DNA of 29,783 bases from Deltaproteobacteria bacterium (GCA_021737245.1 JAIPEI010000001.1:1-29783); one strand, 5' to 3'; numbered from the stretch's first letter, positions 1 through 7,787 are shown. Program-made: numbers and translations. The notes: a model not told the origin generated them from the sequence alone.

Positions 1-96
1 AAGAAGCCCGGCCACCACGATTCCGAAGAGGATGTAGATCGAGGACTCCCGAAGAAGCTCCCAGGCGGCCAGGATGGTGTCGATGATGAAAGGCAT
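1..96 (-). CDS. Probable permease, DUF318/ArsP (COG0701, SO_0444-like metal efflux) family; N-terminal 32 aa only, truncated by window edge
   Basis: Not in ORF track. Manual translation from ATG at 96: MPFIIDTILAAWELLRESSIYILFGIVVAGLL, which resembles the 'W-xLL-xES-xxYILFG-xxxAGLL' start of this family as I recall it. A promoter lies upstream. Confidence 0.6.
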   Translation of the reverse strand, partial: MPFIIDTILAAWELLRESSIYILFGIVVAGLL

Positions 97-162
97 GACC
101 GGTGAAACACCCGAGTCCTGCGGCGACCCGCAGGCTAAGTCTGCGATGCACGCACTGTTTCG

Positions 163-190
163 TCACGATACGTGATTGAATCATTGATTC
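163..190. promoter_or_regulatory. Chain of overlapping palindromes just downstream of the permease -10; candidate repressor operator
   Basis: TCACG-ATA-CGTGA (163-175), TGATT-G-AATCA (173-183) and GAATCA-T-TGATTC (178-190). AT-rich in a GC-rich background. Confidence 0.45.
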
Positions 191-198
191 TGTGTTCC

Positions 199-226
199 AC
201 TATGGCCACTCCGGACCATTTGTCAA
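199..226 (-). promoter_or_regulatory. Sigma70-type promoter for the permease
   Basis: Minus strand TTGACA (226-221), N16, CATAGT (204-199). Confidence 0.55.
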
Positions 227-309
227 CCCGCAGACTTCCTCCGTCGAACCCCATGGAGGGGGGTCGCCTCTTCCCTGTCCTGCCGGGTCCGGCGTTGTTC
301 GGGGGCACG

Positions 310-353
310 TTGCGCTACCAAGGTTGCGTTCAAGGTTGCGTTGACACATTGCG
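310..353 (+). repeat. Direct repeats upstream of and overlapping the ATPase -35
   Basis: Exact tandem CAAGGTTGCGTT x2 (319-342). Core TTGCG at 310, 324, 336 and 349. Confidence 0.7.
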
Positions 354-369
354 GCATTTGTCCTAAGTT
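341..369 (+). promoter_or_regulatory. Sigma70-type promoter for the ATPase gene
   Basis: TTGACA (341-346), N17, TAAGTT (364-369). Confidence 0.6.
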
Positions 370-432
370 GTCCAACGCGACATCGTTCCGGAAGCACCCC
401 CCTCCTTTCATTTTCGCGATCCAGGAGTCGCT

Positions 433-1158
433 ATGCATATTCGAAGGATCTCCTTCCTCGTCGAGGACTATCCCACAGACGCTTACTATCCTTTCAACCT
501 GGAGACGTTTCGCCGCACCAGGCAGCTCGAGTTTCCCTCCACCGTTACCATGCTCGTGGGAGAGAACGGGAGCGGGAAGTCCACGCTCCTGCATGCTGTT
601 GCCAACCGCTGCGGCATTCACATCTGGAAAACCATCGAAACCAGCCGCTACGAGCTCAATCCGTACGAGCAGCTCCTGTGGCGCTTCATCGACGTGGAGT
701 GGTGCGGGGATTACGTGCACGGCTCCTTTTTTTCTTCGGAGATGTTCCACGATTTCGCCAGGAACCTGGACGAGTGGGCCGTGTCCGATCCGGACTCGCT
801 GAGGTATTTCGGTGGAAAATCCCTCATGACCCAGTCCCACGGCCAGTCCCTGATGAGCTACTTCAGCGCCCGGTATCGGATCAAGGGGCTATACCTGTTG
901 GACGAACCCGAGACCGCGCTCTCTCCCAGAACCCAGCTCAGCCTGCTGGAGCTGCTCGAGGAAATGGGGAAGGCCGGGCACGCACAGTTCATCGTAGCCA
1001 CCCACTCGCCGATCCTCCTGGCCTGCAGGGGGGCGACCATATACAGCTTCGATGAGATCCCCATCAGCGAGGTGTCTTACGAGGACACGGAGCACTACCA
1101 GGTCTACCGGGACTTCATGAAAGAGATGGAACGCAGGCTGGAGGAGGGCGGGAGCTGA
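433..1158 (+). CDS. Stand-alone ABC/AAA-type ATPase (COG3910-like predicted ATPase), 241 aa
   Basis: Walker A GENGSGKS, variant signature SHGQ, Walker B LYLLDEPE, H-loop ATHSP. AGGAG ribosome-binding site at 423-427. Confidence 0.85.
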   Translation: MHIRRISFLVEDYPTDAYYPFNLETFRRTRQLEFPSTVTMLVGENGSGKSTLLHAVANRCGIHIWKTIETSRYELNPYEQLLWRFIDVEWCGDYVHGSFFSSEMFHDFARNLDEWAVSDPDSLRYFGGKSLMTQSHGQSLMSYFSARYRIKGLYLLDEPETALSPRTQLSLLELLEEMGKAGHAQFIVATHSPILLACRGATIYSFDEIPISEVSYEDTEHYQVYRDFMKEMERRLEEGGS

Positions 1159-1262
1159 GTTTCCCCGCGGATCCTGATCGGGGAATCGGACAGGGAAGCT
1201 TATCGTTTCAGGGGCCCGGGAGGCAGGAAGACGGGCCAGCCAGGGTTCGCCGGAGCAGCGGA

Positions 1263-3485
1263 TTGGATCGAGCAGATCGAGAAGGGCGGATCCGCGCCCA
1301 GATCGTCGACGGAATTTACCGCCAGGCACCGGGGGGGATGGTCGCTACACTGGCCAACGCCCTGATTCTCGCCGCCGTCCTCCTGGGGGAGGTCCAGGCC
1401 GTTGCCGTCGGGACCTGGCTCGCTGCCGTGATTCTCCTCCTCGTCGCCCGGGCGGCTCTGGTGTTATTCTATCGGAGATCGTCTCCGCCTCCGGAGCTGG
1501 CCCGGGTGTGGGAAAGAAGGTTCATGGTCGGGCTGTTCCTGTCCGGGCTCCTGTGGGGGAGCACCGCCGTTTTTCTCTTTCCCGTGAACGCACCCCTGCA
1601 TCAGGCGTTTCTCGCCATTGTCCTGTGCGGCATGGCCGCCGGGGCCGTGGGTTCTTTTTTTTTCCTGGTGGAGATGTTCGCTCTCTTCACCTTTCCCGCC
1701 CTGACTCCATTGATCGTTCGTTTCCTTCTGATTCCCGGCGGGGTATACCTCGCACTGGCCGCGATGACCGCTCTGTTCGTCGCGTTGACCGTGGCGACCG
1801 CCCGACGCACCAGCCGGGCCAACTGGGAGCGGGTGGAGCTCAAGGAGACGTTCGCCGACATGCTCGAGGACCGAACCTCGGAGCTCACCCGAAGCAACCG
1901 ACGATTGAGAGCGGAGAACGAGGAGCGGAGGCGGGCTGAAAAGGCGCTTGCGGAAACCGAAAAAAGATACCGAAACCTGTTCGACAACATCCCGGACCTG
2001 CTCTATGCCCATGATCTGGAAGGGAGGATGCTGGAGGCGAACCGATCTTGGGAGCGATACGGCTTCAATCGAGACGATCTGGTGGGTCTGTCCGCCCGGA
2101 GGATCCTGTCCGAGCAGGTGAAGGGTGAGTTCGACGACTATCTCGCAAGGATTCTGGAGGACGGCTTTACCGAAGGGTTGATGCAGATTCGGGGAAAGGA
2201 CGGGGGAACGTTCACGGTGGAGTATCGGAGCGATCTGGTTCGGGACGACGAGGACCGGCCGGTGGCGGTTCGGGGGGCGGGCAGGGATGTCACGGATCGG
2301 ATTCAGGCTCACAAGGAGAAGCGGGAACTGGAGGCCCAGCTCATGCAGGCCCAGCGCTTGAAGGCGATCGGGACGCTGGCGGGTGGGATTGCCCATAACT
2401 TCAACAACCTGCTCATGGGCATCCAGGGGAACGTTTCGCTCGGTGTTCTGGAGATCGACGCGGGGCACCCGCTCGAGCAGCGGCTGGCGAGGATCGATCG
2501 CCTGGTCGGGCGAGGCTCCGAGCTGACCAGCCATCTCCTGGCCTATGCGCGCGAGGGAAAGGTCCAGGTCCGGCCCCTGGACATCAACGAGGTCGTGAAG
2601 AACACGGCCTCCGCATTCGGTGAGACCCGAAAGGAGATGCGGGTGCACCTCGATCTGGCGGAGGGGTTGGGCCTCGTCGAGGCGGATCTTTCGCAGATCA
2701 GACAGGCCGTCCTGAACCTTTGCATCAACGCGGCCGAAGCCATGCCCGGCGGGGGGGAGCTCCGGATTCGGACGCGGGGCAGGCGTGGGGACGAGGTTCG
2801 GGAAGCCCGGCCTGACGCGAAGCATTGCGACTACGTAAAAATGACCATTCTGGACACCGGCGTGGGCATGGATCAAGAGACCATGGCAAGAGTCTTCGAT
2901 CCCTTTTTTACGACCAAGGGGGTCGGCCAGGGAACCGGATTGGGACTGGCGTCCGTACACGGCATCGTGGAAAGCCACGGAGGGCTCATCGAAGTCGATT
3001 CCGAGGTCGGCCGGGGGACACGTTTCGATGTGTATCTCCCCGTGGCCGTCGGCCGAGGAAGGGAGGGTAAGCTCATGGAGGAGCAGACAAAGCACGGCCC
3101 TCGGACCGTGCTCCTGGTGGACGACGAACCGATCATCGTGGAGGTGGGGGAGCAGATGCTGGGGTCGCTGGGTTTCCGCGTTTTTACGGCGGGAAGCGGC
3201 CGGGAGGCCTTGAAGGTTTACGAGCGTTACGCCGGCGAGATCGACCTGGTCGTTCTGGACATGATCATGCCGGACATGAGCGGCGGCGAGACCTTCGATC
3301 GCCTCAAGGAGGCCGATCCCGGCGTGCGCGTGCTGCTCTCGAGCGGATACAGTATCGACGGTGAGGCGAGGGAGATTCTGGACCGGGGGTGCAGCGGCTT
3401 CATTCAGAAGCCGTTTCGCCTGTCCGACTTGTCGGATGTGCTCGACGAGCTGATGGCGGGGGGTGAAACGGATTCGCAGGCCTGA
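1263..3485 (+). CDS. Membrane-bound hybrid sensor histidine kinase (multi-TM, PAS/PAC, HisKA, HATPase, REC), 740 aa
   Basis: About 6 hydrophobic segments; PAS (LFDNIPDLLY...EAN); H-box LAGGIAHNFNNLL; N-box NLCINA; G1 DTGVGM; F-box FDPFFTTK; G2 GTGLGL; receiver VDDE...LDMIMPDMSG...SSGY...QKPF. TTG start with GGAG upstream. Confidence 0.93.
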   Translation: MDRADREGRIRAQIVDGIYRQAPGGMVATLANALILAAVLLGEVQAVAVGTWLAAVILLLVARAALVLFYRRSSPPPELARVWERRFMVGLFLSGLLWGSTAVFLFPVNAPLHQAFLAIVLCGMAAGAVGSFFFLVEMFALFTFPALTPLIVRFLLIPGGVYLALAAMTALFVALTVATARRTSRANWERVELKETFADMLEDRTSELTRSNRRLRAENEERRRAEKALAETEKRYRNLFDNIPDLLYAHDLEGRMLEANRSWERYGFNRDDLVGLSARRILSEQVKGEFDDYLARILEDGFTEGLMQIRGKDGGTFTVEYRSDLVRDDEDRPVAVRGAGRDVTDRIQAHKEKRELEAQLMQAQRLKAIGTLAGGIAHNFNNLLMGIQGNVSLGVLEIDAGHPLEQRLARIDRLVGRGSELTSHLLAYAREGKVQVRPLDINEVVKNTASAFGETRKEMRVHLDLAEGLGLVEADLSQIRQAVLNLCINAAEAMPGGGELRIRTRGRRGDEVREARPDAKHCDYVKMTILDTGVGMDQETMARVFDPFFTTKGVGQGTGLGLASVHGIVESHGGLIEVDSEVGRGTRFDVYLPVAVGRGREGKLMEEQTKHGPRTVLLVDDEPIIVEVGEQMLGSLGFRVFTAGSGREALKVYERYAGEIDLVVLDMIMPDMSGGETFDRLKEADPGVRVLLSSGYSIDGEAREILDRGCSGFIQKPFRLSDLSDVLDELMAGGETDSQA

Positions 3486-3521
3486 TCGCGGGCGGCCGGG
3501 TGACGCAAAGGTTTCGCAGAT

Positions 3522-4139
3522 CTACTCCTTGCGGTACAACGCAAGGATTCCGTTCAGCGCGCGGACCGGTGTGAGCAGGTCGAAGCCGGGGAGGCGGGGC
3601 TGAATCCGTTCCAGACCGTAGACTGCGAAGACCGCGCCCGATCTTGCCTTGCGGGCGATCAGCGCGGCGAACTCCTCCTGCATGGTGAGATAGGTGTAGA
3701 AGAGGTCGAAGTCCTCGAACCTGAGGCCGGTATCGCTCTCGATTTTATCATGAAGGGCGTCGTCCGTGGAGTCCCCTTCGAAGAGCCGGATGTTCCCGGG
3801 AATGGGGGGAAGACCCCTCCGGGACAGCTCGGCCTCGAGCTCCCGCTTCAGCTCGGCATGGTCGTCGAGGATCCAGTCGTCCATCTCCACGCCCACGGAC
3901 CGGCGGACCAGCCAGCTGAGGAAAACGTTCACGCGGCCGTCGGCGCAGCCCATGTCCAGGAAGCGGGTCTTGCCCGGGATCAGGATGCCGTCGTACACCA
4001 GCGGCTCGAGGCAGGGAAGCAGCCTGGCCAGCTCGCTGGATCGCCGAAATCCCAGGGAGCCGACGTCGCCCACCCGGCGCTCGTCGCAGAAGCGGGCGAC
4101 CGCCTCCAGCGTGGTCTGCAGCTCATAACACCTCAACAC
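3522..4139 (-). CDS. Class I SAM-dependent methyltransferase-like protein, 205 aa
   Basis: Motif I FLDMGCADGR, acidic beta-2 end (GVEMD), post-motif FEGDS and DLFYTY. GTG start lies within the 8-bp repeat. Substrate unknown. Confidence 0.7.
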   Translation of the reverse strand: MLRCYELQTTLEAVARFCDERRVGDVGSLGFRRSSELARLLPCLEPLVYDGILIPGKTRFLDMGCADGRVNVFLSWLVRRSVGVEMDDWILDDHAELKRELEAELSRRGLPPIPGNIRLFEGDSTDDALHDKIESDTGLRFEDFDLFYTYLTMQEEFAALIARKARSGAVFAVYGLERIQPRLPGFDLLTPVRALNGILALYRKE

Positions 4140-4150
4140 CTCAACACCTT
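4127..4150. repeat. 8-bp tandem repeat (AACACCTC x2 + AACACCTT) at the junction of the Cys-rich gene and the methyltransferase
   Basis: Read directly. The minus strand is AAGGTGTT GAGGTGTT GAGGTGTT, containing the upstream TGA stop and the downstream GTG start. Confidence 0.85.
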
Positions 4151-4681
4151 CCTCACCCTTTCCTCCAGGAGAAAGAGGGTCCCGATCTCCTCCCCTTCGC
4201 TTTCCCGGAGCGGGGTGAGACGCTCAGGATCGATGCGGTGGGTGATCTTGGCGCACAGGTAGTTGATGCAGATCACATGGCGGGCCGACAGGAGGCATCC
4301 GGTACGGCCCAGGAAGAAGCATCCCGCCGGATCGAGCCGTTCCCCGGGAAGCGGCCTGCCCAGCAGTCGGTTGATCAGCAGCAGCAGCCCGCTGTATCGA
4401 TCCTCGATGCCCCTCCCGCAGCAGGAGCCCCCTTCCCGGAGACCGCACTCGCTGCAGCAGTCCGCAACACCCGATTCGAGCATCCGGCGGCGGGGCGCTT
4501 CCGCGGCCGCCCTGAACCGCGCGAGCAGATCCGCGACGGCCGGATCCGCCGACAGGCGGGCGCCGGCTTCCCGGTAGCAGGACTCCGCCCACGCAATCCT
4601 CTCTGCGACGGGACTGCCCAGGGAGCCGTTCCCGCCGGGTGTAAACTCAGGCCTTCTTTTTCCCGCTCGACTTTCGGCCAC
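4133..4681 (-). CDS. Cys-rich hypothetical protein, possibly YkgJ/FliB-like (CxxCxxCC) metal or Fe-S binding; start uncertain
   Basis: CCxxC-x7-CC ... CFFLG-xxGC ... CINYLC. Start candidates: GTG 4681 (overlapping the Lon end, purine-rich upstream), CTG 4621, ATG 4483. The track's 4777 start overlaps Lon by 131 nt. Confidence 0.6.
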   Translation of the reverse strand: MAESRAGKRRPEFTPGGNGSLGSPVAERIAWAESCYREAGARLSADPAVADLLARFRAAAEAPRRRMLESGVADCCSECGLREGGSCCGRGIEDRYSGLLLLINRLLGRPLPGERLDPAGCFFLGRTGCLLSARHVICINYLCAKITHRIDPERLTPLRESEGEEIGTLFLLEERVRKVLRC

Positions 4682-7151
4682 CGGACTTTTCCCTTCCTTT
4701 TTCCTCGGCGGGCTCGGCGTTCCCGAACTTCTTGAGCCCTTCGGCCAGCTCCCGAAGTTTCCGGTCCACAAGGTCATTGATGCTGTTCTTGGTGTAAGTG
4801 CCGTCGGCCTTCCTCTTGCCGGCCGGCCTGCCGGACAGGATCTCGATGCCCTCGTCGATGGTCTTGACGGACCAGATGTGAAACCTTCCCTTTTCCACCG
4901 CCTCCACCACGTCCTTGCGCAGCATCAGATCCTTGAGGTTCGCCTCGGGAATCATGACGCCCTGGTTTCCGGTCATGCCGATCTTCCGGCAGCAGTCGAA
5001 GTACCCCTCGATCTTCTGGTTGACCCCTCCGATGGCCTGCACCTCTCCTTTCTGGTTCACGGATCCTGTCACGGCGATGTACTGCTTCAGCGGTAGGTCC
5101 GCCAGGCTCGAGAGCAGGGTATAGACCTCGGTGGACGACGCGCTGTCCCCTTCCACCCCTCCGTAGGACTGCTCGAAGGCGATGCTGGCGCTCACAGTGA
5201 GCGGCTTCTCCTGTGCGTACTTGTGGCGGAGGTAGCCGCTGAGGATGAAAACGCCCTTGTTGTGGGTCTTGCCCGAAAGATCGGACTCCCTCTCGATGTT
5301 GATGATGCCGGCCCGTCCCATGGACGTGGAAGCCGTGATCCGGTTGGGCTTGCCGAAGGCGTAGTCCCCCAGGTCGTAAACCGCGAGCCCGTTGACCTGC
5401 CCCACCTTTTCCCCGTCCACGTCGATCATCAGGGTTCCCCGGTCGATCATCTCCTGGATCTTCTCCTCCACCAGGTTGGAGCGGTACACCCTGGCGTCGA
5501 CGGCCCGGTCCACGTGCTCGGCGCGAACCGACGGGGCCTTGTCCTGGCCGGACCAGTAGTCGGCCTCGCGGATGATGTCTGTAATTTCGGAAAAGCTGGT
5601 GGAGAGCTTCTCCTGCCTCCCGGTCATGCGGACCGCCTCCTCGACCAGGGCGGCCACGCTCGTTCGGTCGAACGGCTTGAGCTTGTCGTCCTCCACCCTC
5701 ATCTTGATGAACTCGGCGAACCGGTGAATGGACTCTTCCGTCTTGTCCATGGACGTGTCAAAGGCGGCGCGCACCTTGAAGATCTTTGGGACGTCCTCGT
5801 CGTAGCGCAGCAGGAGGTAGTAGACATAGTCCTCGGAGATGACGATCACCTTGGTGGTCATGTCCACCGGCTCGGGCTTCAGGCCGGTGGTCGTGAAGAG
5901 GTAGAACGGATCGTAGGTCTGGATCTCCATTTTCTCGGTCTTCAGGGCGCGCTTGAGAGAGGGCCAGACGCCCGGTTCGATCAGGGCGTCCATGAGGTTG
6001 ATCACCAGGTACCCGCCGCTCGCCTTGACCAGAGAGCCGGCGCGGATCTTGCTGAAGTCCGTCCGCCACACGCCGCTTCGGTCCACCACGCGTTCGATGA
6101 AGCCGAACAGGTTGCGGTAGGTGGGGTAGGTTTCCACGATGACCGGAACCGCCGACCGCTCCGAGTTGTCCACGATCACGTTGACCTGGTAAGGCTGGAA
6201 TGGATCGCCTTCGGTGAGGATGAACGGGAACCCCTGCATCTGCTCCTTGCCCTGTGTCTGGAAGATCCTGATGTTTTCTCCCAGGTCCTCAAGCATGTCG
6301 TCGAGAAACTTCTGAACCTTTTCCACTTCGTACTTCCTGCGGATGGAGGCCAGGCCGTCCTCGGCCAGGTTCTTGAACAGCATGGTGTCCGTCTTCTCGA
6401 CGTTCTCCTGGACCTCTTTCTGGAGGTCGCGAAGCTCGAGGAAGATCTGATCCACCTGCTCCCGCAGCTCCGCCTGCTTCTTCTTCAGGACCTCGTACTC
6501 CTCCTGGGGAAAACGCCCCTTCTCCACCATGGCCTCGATCTGGTCGATGTGGGTGGGGTTGCCGTCGACCAGGGGGACGACCTCGGGACGCTTGATGTCC
6601 CCCAACTGCATGTCCACCAGGGCGAACCCTTCTTCCCGAACCTTTTTGTCCAGGTCTTTGAAGAATCCCTTGCCCTTCTTTTCATAAGCCTGCATGATCT
6701 CTTTCTTGCGGCTCAGGTAGTCCTGGCTTTCAAAGAGCGCCGGCACCTCCCGCTTCAGGCTCTCGATGAAATCGTGAATGTCCTTCTTGAAGGCGCCGCC
6801 CTTTCCCGCGCTGAACCGGAGCAGGATGGGATTGTCCGGGGACTTGAAGTTGTTCACGTAGCAGAGATCGTCCGGGATCTCGACCCCCTTCTGCTCGGCC
6901 ATCTGCTCGAGAAGCTTTCGCACCGTGGACATGCGACCCGTCCCGGCGATCCCGGTAACATAGATGTTGTACCCCGGCTTGTGCATGCCCATGCCGAACC
7001 GGAAGGCTTCCACACCGCGGTCCTGGCCGATGATCTTTTTCAGGGGTTTCAGGTCGTCCGTGGTCTGGAAAGGCAGAGACGCTGCGTCCAACCGCCATCT
7101 CAGCTGATTGAGCGGTGCTCTGTGGGTGCTCGATTTTTTCTTTGAGGGCAT
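4647..7151 (-). CDS. Lon-family (S16) protease, LonC/YcbZ-like, 834 aa
   Basis: Ser-Lys dyad motifs GVEGDSASS and GGVNQKIEGY. N-terminal LRWRLD...IIGQDR. ATG at 7151 with GAGGAGG upstream, so the track's 7370 start is too long. Confidence 0.9.
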   Translation of the reverse strand: MPSKKKSSTHRAPLNQLRWRLDAASLPFQTTDDLKPLKKIIGQDRGVEAFRFGMGMHKPGYNIYVTGIAGTGRMSTVRKLLEQMAEQKGVEIPDDLCYVNNFKSPDNPILLRFSAGKGGAFKKDIHDFIESLKREVPALFESQDYLSRKKEIMQAYEKKGKGFFKDLDKKVREEGFALVDMQLGDIKRPEVVPLVDGNPTHIDQIEAMVEKGRFPQEEYEVLKKKQAELREQVDQIFLELRDLQKEVQENVEKTDTMLFKNLAEDGLASIRRKYEVEKVQKFLDDMLEDLGENIRIFQTQGKEQMQGFPFILTEGDPFQPYQVNVIVDNSERSAVPVIVETYPTYRNLFGFIERVVDRSGVWRTDFSKIRAGSLVKASGGYLVINLMDALIEPGVWPSLKRALKTEKMEIQTYDPFYLFTTTGLKPEPVDMTTKVIVISEDYVYYLLLRYDEDVPKIFKVRAAFDTSMDKTEESIHRFAEFIKMRVEDDKLKPFDRTSVAALVEEAVRMTGRQEKLSTSFSEITDIIREADYWSGQDKAPSVRAEHVDRAVDARVYRSNLVEEKIQEMIDRGTLMIDVDGEKVGQVNGLAVYDLGDYAFGKPNRITASTSMGRAGIINIERESDLSGKTHNKGVFILSGYLRHKYAQEKPLTVSASIAFEQSYGGVEGDSASSTEVYTLLSSLADLPLKQYIAVTGSVNQKGEVQAIGGVNQKIEGYFDCCRKIGMTGNQGVMIPEANLKDLMLRKDVVEAVEKGRFHIWSVKTIDEGIEILSGRPAGKRKADGTYTKNSINDLVDRKLRELAEGLKKFGNAEPAEEKGREKSGGRKSSGKKKA

Positions 7152-7227
7152 TGCGGACCTCCTCGAAGGCTCAGGCTCCTTCGGTTCACATGATGACTGT
7201 GTCTTCGCAGCCGCCGGCCGGGCGGAG

Positions 7228-7674
7228 TCAGGCGATCCGGATCTCAATTTCACGCGCGGGATCGGTCTTTCGTTTGGGCAGGACGATCTCCAGTACTCCT
7301 TCGTTGTAGCTCGCCGAAGCTTCTTCGGGAACGATCCGGGAGGGCAGCCGCAGCCGCCGTACAAATGCATCGTACCGCGCTTCCGTCTTTCGAACGGTGT
7401 CGTTTCCCCGCCTGCGTTCCGTTCGACTCGCGCACCGGATCGTCAGCCGGTCCTCCGACACCCGGACGGTGAGGTTGGCCGGGTCGATGTCCGGGATCCG
7501 GGCCCGGAGCAGAAGCGATTCCTCCCGGTCGAGGATCTCGATCGAGTCGATCCCCCCGGCGGGCGGCAGGGCGGGAGTCATGCAGAAATCGTCCCAGACG
7601 CGTTCGAACATGCGTCCCATGTCACGCCTCAGTCGGTTCATTTCTTCGATCTTCCAGATGGACAGCTCAGCCAT
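7228..7674 (-). CDS. Small heat-shock protein, Hsp20/alpha-crystallin family, 148 aa
   Basis: FVRRLRLP...ASYNEGVLEIVLPK and a C-terminal IEI motif. GGGAGGT ribosome-binding site at 7687-7681. Confidence 0.92.
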   Translation of the reverse strand: MAELSIWKIEEMNRLRRDMGRMFERVWDDFCMTPALPPAGGIDSIEILDREESLLLRARIPDIDPANLTVRVSEDRLTIRCASRTERRRGNDTVRKTEARYDAFVRRLRLPSRIVPEEASASYNEGVLEIVLPKRKTDPAREIEIRIA

Positions 7675-7758
7675 GCTTCGACCTCCCGGCGGTTTTGCTG
7701 TAGGTGAACAAGATGGCCGGAGAACGACCAGCGGCCTTCGATCCGGCGCCCTGCCTAC

Positions 7759-7787
7759 ATTCTATGGAGGTGCTCGATTCGCTGCAA
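7759..7787 (-). promoter_or_regulatory. Sigma70-type promoter for hsp20 (and probably lon)
   Basis: Minus strand TTGCAG (7787-7782), N17, TAGAAT (7764-7759). Confidence 0.65.

Noticed and set aside
97-192. Metal riboswitch (NiCo or yybP-ykoY) in the permease leader
   Set aside because: Only one clear hairpin, and I could not match consensus features. An Rfam scan would settle it.
4124-4126. ATG directly after the GAGGTG repeats as the methyltransferase start
   Set aside because: Out of frame with the methyltransferase; gives a 48-codon non-protein-like ORF.
5223-7145. 640-aa + strand ORF opposite lon
   Set aside because: Antisense shadow of a GC-rich gene; no motifs.
7152-7370. 73-aa N-terminal extension of Lon in the ORF track
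   Set aside because: Overlaps hsp20. ATG 7151 has a strong GAGGAGG site and matches the family start.
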